Source: Spirochaetales bacterium (lineage in GTDB: Bacteria; Spirochaetota; Spirochaetia; DSM-27196; SLST01). Taken from it: 64,000 bases of DNA. This document shows positions 1 through 8,057 of this stretch, piece by piece. Where the stretch lies: positions 20,305 to 84,304 of the forward strand of contig JBKHII010000001.1 of assembly GCA_046538735.1 (NCBI GenBank), read 5' to 3'. Within the stretch, counting starts at the first letter, position 1. Each line of letters opens with the position of its first letter. The notes beneath the pieces were generated by a model that was not told the DNA's origin, made no database searches, and was given only the letters and a program-made list of their open reading frames with translations. A program made the position numbers and the translations under genes.

Positions 1-115
1 AATCGGCGTCTACTTCGACGAGCTTCAGCACGACGAGACCGGCGAGACCTACTACCAATGCAACGACACGGCGTACTGCCTCGCGCGAATGAACTCCCGG
101 GCGGTGAAGCGATGA
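1..115 (+). CDS. phnJ: C-P lyase core subunit PhnJ, 3' end (partial; runs off the left edge)
   Basis: Frame 2 reads IGVYFDELQHDETGETYYQCNDTAYCLARMNSRAVKR*. The QCNDTAYC tail resembles the C-terminal Cys region of E. coli PhnJ (..VCSDTDYC..). Stop TGA 113-115 overlaps the phnK ATG (ATGA). Confidence 0.75.
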   Translation, partial: IGVYFDELQHDETGETYYQCNDTAYCLARMNSRAVKR

Positions 116-957
116 CTCCCAACGATCACTGGGTCCTCCGCGTCCAGGACCTCAACAAGCAGTTCGGCGAGGGCTGCCCGTCGTGCGCGGGCGGTGATCG
201 AAGCGGCCTCGAACGCAACTACTGCCCCGATTGCGGGACCGTCTACGCGCTCCGCGACGTGAGCTTCGACCTCCACCGCAGCGAGGTCCTCGGCATCGTG
301 GGCGAGAGCGGGAGCGGCAAGTCCACGATCATGAACGTCCTCTACTTTGACGACGAGCCCACGAGCGGCGCCGCCTACCTCGCCGATTTCGAGGAGGGAG
401 CGCGCAGCATCTTCGGCGTCTCGAACCAGCGCAAGCGCTCCATCCGGAACCACCTCCTCGGTAAGGTCTACCAGAACCCGGTCCTGGGGCTGAAGATGCG
501 ATTCTCCTCGCTCGCGAACATCGCGGAGAAACAGATCGCCGCCGGGAATCGGAACGTCGCGGTCATGGAGAACCGCTCGCGCGAGCTGCTCGACCACGTG
601 AACATCCCGACCTTCCGCATGAAGGAGGCCCCGGCCAACTTCTCGGGCGGAATGCAGCAGCGCGTCCAGATCGCGAAGGCGCTCTCGAACAATCCCCCCA
701 TACTCTTCCTGGACGAGGTCACGACCGGGCTCGACCTTTCGGTCCAGGCGCGTGTGCTCGACCTGATCAAGCAGATCCAGCGCGAGCTGCGGATCAGCAT
801 GTTGCTCGTCTCGCACGATCTCGCGGTCGTGCGCATGCTCGCCGACCGGACGCTCGTCATGCTGAACGGCGAGATCGTGGAGCGGGGGCTCACCGACCAG
901 ATCATGGAAGACCCGCAGCATCCGTACACCCAGGAACTCGTCTACTCGCTGCTGTAA
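112..957 (+). CDS. phnK: Phosphonate C-P lyase system ATP-binding protein PhnK
   Basis: ABC ATPase motifs are present: Walker A GESGSGKST, signature FSGGMQQR, Walker B ILFLDEVTTGLD, H-loop VSHD. It lies directly after phnJ. ATG 112 (ATGA coupling) is preferred over the in-frame ATG 58, which would overlap phnJ by 58 nt. Confidence 0.9.
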   Translation: MTPNDHWVLRVQDLNKQFGEGCPSCAGGDRSGLERNYCPDCGTVYALRDVSFDLHRSEVLGIVGESGSGKSTIMNVLYFDDEPTSGAAYLADFEEGARSIFGVSNQRKRSIRNHLLGKVYQNPVLGLKMRFSSLANIAEKQIAAGNRNVAVMENRSRELLDHVNIPTFRMKEAPANFSGGMQQRVQIAKALSNNPPILFLDEVTTGLDLSVQARVLDLIKQIQRELRISMLLVSHDLAVVRMLADRTLVMLNGEIVERGLTDQIMEDPQHPYTQELVYSLL

Positions 958-972
958 GGAAAGGAGTACCAT

Positions 973-2211
973 CTGTACGTCATCACGAACGGCAGGATCA
1001 TCACTGAGGACGCGATACTGGACGACCACGACCTCGTCGTGGAGGGCGACCGGATCGCGGCGATCGTTCCGAGCGCCGAACGAAGGGCGGCCGGCGCGTC
1101 CGACGACGGAGCCCCGGACCACGGCACCCCCGGCCGCTTCCGCGGCCCCACGGTCATCGATGCCGAGGGCGGCTACGTCATGCCCGGTCTCATCGACATT
1201 CACGCCGACTACATCGAACACATGGCTGCGCCGCGCCCTACGTCCGTCATGGACTTCCGGCTCAGCCTGCGCGAAGCCGAGCGCGAGCTCGTCACCCACG
1301 GTATCACAACGATGTACCACTCGCTCGCGATCTACGACTTCACCGAGTTCAACGCCGGACCCATTCGGACGCCGGAGAACACGCAGCGGCTCATTTCGCT
1401 CATCGGCGCGATGCACGACTCGCCGCACATCATCCGCCACCGCTTCCACGCTCGTTTCGAGATCGACAATCTGAGCCGTGTGGACGAGCTTCGAGGCTAC
1501 ATCCGGGACGGACAGGTCCACCTCATCTCGTTCATGGACCACACGCCCGGACAGGGCCAGTATCGCGACCTCGAGCTCTACCGCAAGACGCTCAAGTCGT
1601 ATCGCAAGATCTCGGACGACGAGGTCGTACAGATCATCGAAAAGAGCCGGAATCGGCAGAAACTGACGATTGAAGCGATCACCGAGCTCGCTACATACGC
1701 ACGGGAGCACGGGATCGCCGTCGCGAGCCACGACGACGACAGCGTCGCCAAGCTCGAGCTCGTCCGCGAGTTCGGCACGACGATCAGCGAGTTTCCCGTG
1801 ACGCTCGAGGTTGCGCGCGCTGCGCGCGACCTCGGCCTCCACACAATCGCAGGCGCGCCGAACATCCTGCTCGGCGGATCGCACTCGGGCAACCTTTCGG
1901 CCGCGGAGGCGGTGCTGGACGGTTCGGTGGACGTGCTGTGCAGCGACTACTATCCGCCGGCGCTCATTCACTCCGTGTTCCAGCTCCACCACGCACACGG
2001 TCTCGACCTTCCGTCCGTCGTCCGGCTCGTCACGACCAACCCTGCGCGGGCGGTGCTCATGGACGACGAGCTTGGGAGCCTGGAGCCGGGGAAGCGGGCG
2101 GACATCATAGTCGTCAAGGAGCTCGAGGACGGCTACCCCGCCGTCACGCGGGCCATCGTGGGCGGAGCCGTCGTCCACGCCACGGCCTACCGGCAACCGG
2201 AGCGCACATGA
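973..2211 (+). CDS. phnM: Alpha-D-ribose 1-methylphosphonate 5-triphosphate diphosphatase PhnM (amidohydrolase fold)
   Basis: Motifs PGLIDIHADY, VASHDDD and CSDYYP are present, and the gene sits between phnK and phnL. The ORF track starts at GTG 1039. The upstream in-frame peptide YVITNGRIITEDAILDDHDLVV matches the conserved PhnM N-terminal strand. That points to a CTG start at 973, 6 nt after AAGGAG (961-966). The start is uncertain. Confidence 0.8.
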   Translation: MYVITNGRIITEDAILDDHDLVVEGDRIAAIVPSAERRAAGASDDGAPDHGTPGRFRGPTVIDAEGGYVMPGLIDIHADYIEHMAAPRPTSVMDFRLSLREAERELVTHGITTMYHSLAIYDFTEFNAGPIRTPENTQRLISLIGAMHDSPHIIRHRFHARFEIDNLSRVDELRGYIRDGQVHLISFMDHTPGQGQYRDLELYRKTLKSYRKISDDEVVQIIEKSRNRQKLTIEAITELATYAREHGIAVASHDDDSVAKLELVREFGTTISEFPVTLEVARAARDLGLHTIAGAPNILLGGSHSGNLSAAEAVLDGSVDVLCSDYYPPALIHSVFQLHHAHGLDLPSVVRLVTTNPARAVLMDDELGSLEPGKRADIIVVKELEDGYPAVTRAIVGGAVVHATAYRQPERT

Positions 2212-2825
2212 AGAAGCAACTCGGAATCGAACCGCTCGTCCACGACAACGTCCGGATGAGAAACGTCGACCTGGGTCCCTACACCGAGGTCGGCGAGATG
2301 AGCTACCTCGACAACACCCGGATGGGCGCCTACTCGTACTGCGGGCAACTCTGCTTCTTCCAGAATGCGCGGATCGGCGCGTTCTCGAACATCGCAGCGG
2401 CAGTGAGGATCGGCCCCACGCGTCATCCCATCGAGCGCCCCACGCTTCACCACTTCACCTACCGTCGCGCGATGTACGGCTTCGCGCCCAACGACGACGA
2501 GGCGTTCTTCGCGTGGCGCGCGGAGCAGGTCGCGACGATCGGCCACGACACGTGGATCGGGCACGGGGCGATCATCATGCCGAGCGTGAGCGTCGGCAAC
2601 GGATCGGTCGTGGGGTCCGGAGCGGTCGTCACGCGCGACGTGCCGTCATACTCGATCGCCGTGGGCGTGCCCGCGCGTGTCGTGAAGCGACGGTTCGAGC
2701 CTGACGTGGCGGACGCGATGGAGCGAATTGCATGGTGGGAGTGGTCGCACGAGACGATCCGCGACCGACTGGACGCGTTCTCGCTCTCGGCGGAAGACTT
2801 CGTTGCGGAGTTCGACCATGAGTAG
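2208..2825 (+). CDS. Hexapeptide-repeat (LbH) acyltransferase of the type found in phn operons
   Basis: The protein starts MKKQLGIEPLVHDN and has left-handed beta-helix repeats (IGHDTWIGHGAIIMPSVSVGNGSVVGSGAVV). ATG 2208 overlaps the phnM stop (ATGA). It is embedded between phnM and phnL. Confidence 0.8.
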   Translation: MKKQLGIEPLVHDNVRMRNVDLGPYTEVGEMSYLDNTRMGAYSYCGQLCFFQNARIGAFSNIAAAVRIGPTRHPIERPTLHHFTYRRAMYGFAPNDDEAFFAWRAEQVATIGHDTWIGHGAIIMPSVSVGNGSVVGSGAVVTRDVPSYSIAVGVPARVVKRRFEPDVADAMERIAWWEWSHETIRDRLDAFSLSAEDFVAEFDHE

Positions 2826-3522
2826 CCAACCGTTGCTGGAGGTCCGCGACCTGTCCAAGACCTTCACGATCCACAACTTCGACAAACGGATCACGGGCTG
2901 CCGCGATATCTCGATCCGCATCGAACCGGGTAGCTTCGTGGGCATCACCGGCAGGAGCGGGAGCGGCAAATCGACGATTCTCAAGCTGGTGTATCGTACC
3001 TACCTCCCGCAGAGCGGCGAGATCTGGTACGACTCCCGGAATGACGGCCGCATCGATCTCGCCCGCGTGGACGAGCGCACGGTACTCTCGCTCCGGAAGT
3101 CGGAGATCGGCTACGTGAGCCAGTTCCTGAGCGTGATTCCGCGCACGACCGCCCGCGAGATCGTAGAGTACGCGGCGAAGGAGACGGGCGCGGGCGAGGA
3201 GCTCGCTCGCGAGCGAGCGCAAGAGATGCTCGCCCACTTCGAGCTCGAACGCGAGCTGTGGGACAGCTACCCGAACACGTTCTCCGGAGGCGAGAAGCTC
3301 CGGCTGAACATCGCCCGTGCGATGGTCAAGCATCCGCGCCTCCTCCTGCTCGACGAGCCCACCGCGAGCCTGGACGCGCACTCGAAGGGTCGCGTCCGCG
3401 AGCTGATCGAGCAGCTCAAGGGCGAGGGAACCACCATGCTCGGCATCTTCCACGACCTCGAGTTCATGGGCGGCCTCTGCGACCACGAGTACAACATGGA
3501 CTCCGGTAGTCTGATAGACTAG
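2818..3522 (+). CDS. phnL: Phosphonate C-P lyase system ATP-binding protein PhnL
   Basis: The protein starts MSSQPLLEVRDLSKTF. Motifs: Walker A GRSGSGKST, signature FSGGEKLR, Walker B LLLLDEPTASLD. ATG 2818 overlaps the preceding gene by 8 nt. Confidence 0.85.
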   Translation: MSSQPLLEVRDLSKTFTIHNFDKRITGCRDISIRIEPGSFVGITGRSGSGKSTILKLVYRTYLPQSGEIWYDSRNDGRIDLARVDERTVLSLRKSEIGYVSQFLSVIPRTTAREIVEYAAKETGAGEELARERAQEMLAHFELERELWDSYPNTFSGGEKLRLNIARAMVKHPRLLLLDEPTASLDAHSKGRVRELIEQLKGEGTTMLGIFHDLEFMGGLCDHEYNMDSGSLID

Positions 3523-3526
3523 CGCG

Positions 3527-5185
3527 ATGATCGGCGACCTCCACCTCCACACGAACCACTCGGACGGCTCGCAGTCTCCGGCAGAGGCGCTCGTCGCGGC
3601 GCGCGAGCGCGGTCTCGACTTCGTGAGCTACGTTGACCACGACACGACCGCGGGCACGGCGGAAGCGGTCCGGATCGGCAGACGACTCGGCATCGCCGTG
3701 ATTCCCGGCGTGGAGATCTCGGCGTACGACTTCCAACGGAGCCGCAAGGTACACATCCTCGGGTACAACTACCGGCTGCCGGCGACCAACATCGAGGCGT
3801 TGTGCCGCCCGCTGCGAGAAGCCCGCCACGCGAACACGCTCCGGCAGATCGGGGAGATCCGCGCCGCGGGATACGAGATCTCCGAGGCGGATGTCCGCGA
3901 GCACGCGGCCGGACCGGATCCCTGCCTCTACAAGCAGCACATCATGCTCGCCTTGATCGCCGCCGGGTATACATCGTCGATCTACTCACCGCTCTACACG
4001 CAACTCTTCAGAAGCGGTGGCCCCGCTGCGCACGACATCGAGTATGCGGACGCGCGGGAGGCGATTCGAGCGATTCATGCCGACGGTGGACTCGCGGTGC
4101 TCGCGCACCCCGGGCAGCTCGACTCGTACGACGCGGTCGGCGATCTCGTGGAGGCCGGCCTGGACGGCATCGAGCTGTTCCACGAGGACCACGCCCGGTC
4201 CGACCACCGGCGTATTCGCGACATCGCCGAGCGTCACGACCTCTTCACGACCGGCGGCAGCGACGACCACGGGGAGTACGGCTCGGAGGTGCACGTGGGC
4301 GAGATCTGCGCTCCGCCGGGCGCGCTCGAGGCGATCACCGCTCCCGCGGACGACGACATCGCCTGGTGCGTTCAACTCGTGCGAGACGCGGCGCGCATCG
4401 CGCGCGAAGGCGTGGCCACATCGATCTCGGTTGAGCTCAAGAACGGCGACATCCGCGACCTCGTGACCGAGTACGACGTTGCGGTCGAGCGGCGACTCGC
4501 CGAGGCGATCCGTGCGCGCTTCCCGGAGCACGGCCTGATCACCGAGGAAGACGACCACGAGAAGTCGCCTCCGGGCTCCCCGATCTGGATCATCGACCCG
4601 ATCGACGGTACGACCAACTTCGCGACATCGCACTCGTGCTTCGCCGTCAGCGTCGCGCACTACCGCGGCGCCGAGCCGGTCTTCGGGATCGTCTACGACG
4701 TGATGGCGGACGAGCTCTACCTGGGAGTCGCCGGTGAGGGTGCGTGGCTCAACGGAGTCCGGCTCGGTCCGGTGTGGGGCGGACGACCGAGACCGCTCGA
4801 GCGCTGCGTCGTCGAGGTGAGTCTGACAGCGGTCGATCGGCTCCGGCGCCGGGGACACGACGTGATCGGTCCGCTCGCGACCGAGTTCCGCGCGCAGCGA
4901 TCGCACGGATCGGCGGCGATCGGGATTTGCCGCATCGCCGCGGAGACGCTGGACGTCTACGTCGCGTCCACGTTGAGCGCGTGGGACTACGCGGCGGCCG
5001 TCATCGTGCTTGCGGAGGCGGGAGGAGCGGCGATCGTCGTCAAGGAAGGGGGCGACTCGGACTCGTGGATGGACACCGGCAAGCGCATCTTCGCCGCGGC
5101 AGGCCACCCGGAGACGCTCCGTGCCGCGCGCTCGGCCGCGCTTCCGGACCTCCCGCACGAGCGCGAACGTTACTACACTTTCTGA
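3527..5185 (+). CDS. Two-domain protein: N-terminal PHP/TrpH-type phosphoesterase fused to a C-terminal inositol-monophosphatase-family domain
   Basis: PHP motifs: GDLHLHTNHSDG, VDHDT, VHILGYN, VLAHP, GGSDDHG (about aa 1-275). IMPase motifs: ITEEDD, WIIDPIDGTTNF, WDYAAA (about aa 290-552). It is the last gene of the phn catabolic operon, 4 nt after phnL. Confidence 0.8.
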   Translation: MIGDLHLHTNHSDGSQSPAEALVAARERGLDFVSYVDHDTTAGTAEAVRIGRRLGIAVIPGVEISAYDFQRSRKVHILGYNYRLPATNIEALCRPLREARHANTLRQIGEIRAAGYEISEADVREHAAGPDPCLYKQHIMLALIAAGYTSSIYSPLYTQLFRSGGPAAHDIEYADAREAIRAIHADGGLAVLAHPGQLDSYDAVGDLVEAGLDGIELFHEDHARSDHRRIRDIAERHDLFTTGGSDDHGEYGSEVHVGEICAPPGALEAITAPADDDIAWCVQLVRDAARIAREGVATSISVELKNGDIRDLVTEYDVAVERRLAEAIRARFPEHGLITEEDDHEKSPPGSPIWIIDPIDGTTNFATSHSCFAVSVAHYRGAEPVFGIVYDVMADELYLGVAGEGAWLNGVRLGPVWGGRPRPLERCVVEVSLTAVDRLRRRGHDVIGPLATEFRAQRSHGSAAIGICRIAAETLDVYVASTLSAWDYAAAVIVLAEAGGAAIVVKEGGDSDSWMDTGKRIFAAAGHPETLRAARSAALPDLPHERERYYTF

Positions 5186-5192
5186 AACGAAA

Positions 5193-5214
5193 AGGGGAGC
5201 CTCACGGCTCCCCT
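5193..5214. terminator. Bidirectional stem-loop between the convergent PHP-IMPase gene and phnD
   Basis: AGGGGAGCC-tcac-GGCTCCCCT forms a perfect 9-bp GC-rich stem with a 4-nt loop. It is flanked by A-rich (gaaacgaaa) sequence on the + side. It sits in the only gap between the two stop codons (5185 and 5252). Confidence 0.6.
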
Positions 5215-5251
5215 CGCACTTTGCATCGGTGACCGAGTTCTCCTGCGGCGC

Positions 5252-6241
5252 TTACTTCAAACCGCTCAGGCGACGGATCGGATCGTACCACTCGTCCTCG
5301 ACCGCGAGGAAACGCTGGCCCTCCCGGAAGAAACCCTCGTCGCCGAAGATGCGGGTGTTCTGCGCGACCTCGTCCGAGGTGAAGGCCTCGCGCACGGCCT
5401 CGAGCTCCTCGTCGGTCAGCATGTCGGTCTGAACGACCATCGGAGCGTTGAGGACGGGGACCGTCTCAACGAGGACGACCTCTTTGCCCGCCATCGTGTC
5501 GAAGGGAGGCGCGGCGCCCTCGATGACGGTGACCGTGTCGCCGGGAAGCGGGTCGGAGAACTCGCCGGAGAAGGTGACGTACTCGGCGATGCACGAGTTG
5601 CAGAATGCGCCGATATCGGCACGGCCATCCAGAACGTTGAAGAACGAACCCTGGTGCGAGCCTCCGAACATGACTTCGGAGAAGACCATATCGGAACCGC
5701 CCTCGAGGAGTTCTTCGGACTCAACGTCGAACTGGGCGCTGATCACGCTCGAGGGAACGCGGAAGCCGGACGTAGAGCTGTTCGAGACGAAGGAGAACTT
5801 CTTCTGCCGGAGCGTCTCGAGATCGAACTCGCCGTTGACCTTGTAGTCGTCGGCATTCTCAACGAGCGTGCCGAGCATGCTGTAGTACTTCGCGTCGTCG
5901 AGCGTGCCCGAAGAGCCGCTGTTGACCACGAGCGGAAGCACGGCCACGTTGCGGGCATGCGCCTGCGTGTAGCCTTCGCCGCCGAACCAGCTGAACGTGG
6001 CGTTCTCGTTCACGAGCGCCTCGATCGCAATCGCGTAGTCGGTGGTGAGTTGCTCTTCGATCTCGCGACCGAGGGCGTTCTCCGCGACCTCGATGATCGC
6101 CGAACGCGCGTCGGCAAACTCGGGGGTGGACTCGTTCGGGTACCAGATCCACACGAGAGGCTCCGCCTCTTCCTGAGTACCGGTCGCGAACGCCGGCAGC
6201 ACGACCGCGACAATGAGCAGGACAAACAGTGCTTTCTTCAT
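5252..6241 (-). CDS. phnD: Phosphonate/phosphite ABC transporter substrate-binding protein PhnD
   Basis: The signal peptide MKKALFVLLIVAVVLPAFA is followed by a type-II periplasmic binding fold with PhnD-like segments (DYAIAIEALVNENATFSWFGGEGY, FVSNSSTSGF). The ATG at 6241 has AAGGA 8 nt upstream. The track ORF begins 13 codons earlier, without a signal peptide. Confidence 0.85.
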   Translation of the reverse strand: MKKALFVLLIVAVVLPAFATGTQEEAEPLVWIWYPNESTPEFADARSAIIEVAENALGREIEEQLTTDYAIAIEALVNENATFSWFGGEGYTQAHARNVAVLPLVVNSGSSGTLDDAKYYSMLGTLVENADDYKVNGEFDLETLRQKKFSFVSNSSTSGFRVPSSVISAQFDVESEELLEGGSDMVFSEVMFGGSHQGSFFNVLDGRADIGAFCNSCIAEYVTFSGEFSDPLPGDTVTVIEGAAPPFDTMAGKEVVLVETVPVLNAPMVVQTDMLTDEELEAVREAFTSDEVAQNTRIFGDEGFFREGQRFLAVEDEWYDPIRRLSGLK

Positions 6242-6437
6242 AGTGACATCCTTTGGTCTTTGGTGGAAATCGCACGTCACGGGCCGAACCGACCCGGTCC
6301 CAACGTGCAGGTGTGAGGATGGGCTTCGAGTGTCAGGATCGGGTTATGGTTCTTTTTGGATTCCGTCAGATTGCGTTTAGAATTCGGTGTGAGACTGAGC
6401 GGCGGTCAACCGTCGATCTCACAAAGATGTCACGTGT

Positions 6438-6455
6438 TCCTAACTCAAACCTAAC
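6438..6455 (+). promoter_or_regulatory. Candidate Pho-box-like direct repeat upstream of phnC
   Basis: TCCTAAC-tcaa-ACCTAAC is two 7-bp direct repeats separated by 4 bp (11-bp period). AATACT (6466-6471, -10-like) follows 10 bp downstream. AGGAG lies at 6489-6493 and the ATG at 6503. The architecture is that of PhoB-type boxes, but the sequence is not the E. coli consensus. Confidence 0.25.
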
Positions 6456-6502
6456 ACTCTGCGCGAATACTCCTCGCAGTCTGAACGCAGGAGTCTGATG
6501 CG

Positions 6503-7264
6503 ATGCCACTTCTATCCGTGAGCAAGCTCACGAAGTTCTACGGCGATGTGAGAGCCCTCCACGATGTAAGCTTCAACGTGAACGCGGGCGAGTTTATTGC
6601 CGTGATCGGTCCCTCAGGTTCGGGAAAGACAACGCTCATCCGGTGCATCAACCGCCTCATCGAGGCAACCGAGGGGACGATCGCCTACGACGGACAGAAC
6701 ATCCTCTCCCTGTCGCACCGCGAGCTACGTCACGCCCGGGCCAAGCTGGGGATGATCTTCCAGCACTACAATCTCGTCTACCGGTTGACGGTGATCGAGA
6801 ACGTGCTCCACGGACGTCTCGGCTACAAGAGCGATCTTGCCGGCATTCTGGGGAACTACTCCAACGAAGAGAAGGAGAAGGCGGTCGAGGTCCTCAAGCT
6901 CCTGGGTCTCCAGGAGCACGTCTACCGGCGCTGCGACCAGCTCTCCGGCGGACAGAAGCAGCGGGTGGGCATTGCGCGCGCGCTCATCCAGGATCCCAAG
7001 CTCATTCTGTGCGACGAACCCATTTCCTCGCTCGATCCGAGCTCGTCCAAGATCATCATGGACTACCTCCGGAAGATCCGTTCCGAGCTCGGAATCACGG
7101 TCTTCGTGAATCTGCACCAGGTTGACGTGGCCAAACGATACGCCCAGCGAATCCTCGGGTTCAACGACGGTCACCTCGTCTACGACGGACCGCCGACCGG
7201 ACTCGACCGCGCGACGATTCACAACATATACGGGACGGAAGCCGGTGAGCTCATTATCGATTAA
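6503..7264 (+). CDS. phnC: Phosphonate ABC transporter ATP-binding protein PhnC
   Basis: Motifs: Walker A GPSGSGKTT, Q-loop, signature LSGGQKQR, Walker B LILCDEPISSLD. The PhnC-typical segments MIFQHYNLVYRLTVIENVLHGRLGY are present. Confidence 0.9.
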   Translation: MPLLSVSKLTKFYGDVRALHDVSFNVNAGEFIAVIGPSGSGKTTLIRCINRLIEATEGTIAYDGQNILSLSHRELRHARAKLGMIFQHYNLVYRLTVIENVLHGRLGYKSDLAGILGNYSNEEKEKAVEVLKLLGLQEHVYRRCDQLSGGQKQRVGIARALIQDPKLILCDEPISSLDPSSSKIIMDYLRKIRSELGITVFVNLHQVDVAKRYAQRILGFNDGHLVYDGPPTGLDRATIHNIYGTEAGELIID

Positions 7265-8057
7265 CAAGATAAGCCCTGCGACCTTCTTCAGGCGGCAGAA
7301 GCTGTGGTTGACGCTGATTCTCGGAGGGCTGATCGTGATCATGCTCCTCGCCGGCGACTTCACAAGATTCGATACGGAAAAGGGCATTCGCGCGGTGCCG
7401 CGGGTGCTCGCGTGGGCGGCCACGAACTTCGTTCCGGACCAGGAGGCGGTGTCGCGTCTTCCCCGCATCCTCGACCGTCTTGTGGACACGATCCTCATGG
7501 CGGTGATGGCGAGCGTCACCGCGGCCGTCTTCGCGTTTCCGGTGGCTCTGATGGGCTCTCGGACCACGCGAATCACGGGATTCCTCGCGGTAACGGCTCG
7601 GGGCATCGCCTCGCTCTTCCGGAACATCCCGGTCGCCGCCTGGGCGATGATCTTCCTGCTCTCGTTCGGGCAGAGCGACTTCACCGGGTTTCTGGCGCTG
7701 TTCTTCGCGACCTTCGGGTTCCTCACTCGGGCGTTCATGGAGACCGTGGACGAGGCGTCGGCGAGCGCGGTCGAAGCGCTGCGCGCGACCGGAGCGAGCT
7801 ACTTGCAGACGGTCGCCCAGGCGGTCGTTCCGGGTTCGCTCCCCCAGATGCTCAGCTGGATTCTCTTCATGATCGAGACGAACATCCGCAGCGCCACGCT
7901 GGTCGGCATCCTCACGGGCTCGGGAATCGGCTTCCTCTTCGACGTCTATTACAAGAGTCTGCAGTACAAGAGCGCGGCGCTGATCGTCATCTGCATCATC
8001 GTCGTCGTACTCGCAATCGAGTCGCTCAGCAACGGCCTCCGGAGGGTCATTCTATGA
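7245..8057 (+). CDS. phnE: Phosphonate ABC transporter permease PhnE (first copy)
   Basis: A polytopic membrane protein with an EAA-like loop (VDEASASAVEALRATGAS). There is no ATG downstream of the phnC stop. The GTG at 7245 overlaps phnC by 20 nt and is the best candidate. The start is uncertain. Confidence 0.8.
   Translation: MSSLSINKISPATFFRRQKLWLTLILGGLIVIMLLAGDFTRFDTEKGIRAVPRVLAWAATNFVPDQEAVSRLPRILDRLVDTILMAVMASVTAAVFAFPVALMGSRTTRITGFLAVTARGIASLFRNIPVAAWAMIFLLSFGQSDFTGFLALFFATFGFLTRAFMETVDEASASAVEALRATGASYLQTVAQAVVPGSLPQMLSWILFMIETNIRSATLVGILTGSGIGFLFDVYYKSLQYKSAALIVICIIVVVLAIESLSNGLRRVIL

Noticed and set aside
58-111. Upstream in-frame ATG 58 as the phnK start
   Set aside because: It would overlap phnJ by 58 nt and add 18 non-conserved residues. 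ATG 112 forms the ATGA coupling typical of this operon.
52-2196. 714-aa ORF on the minus strand spanning phnK and phnM
   Set aside because: It lies antisense to two genes with unambiguous motifs. Its translation is R/D/V/A-rich with no motif. This is the typical GC-rich shadow ORF, where the third-position GC bias of the real genes suppresses stops on the opposite strand.
6498-6521. ATG at 6498, 5 nt upstream of the phnC ATG
   Set aside because: It is in a different frame and terminates after 7 codons (atg cga tgc cac ttc tat ccg tga). It is not a plausible gene or alternative phnC start.
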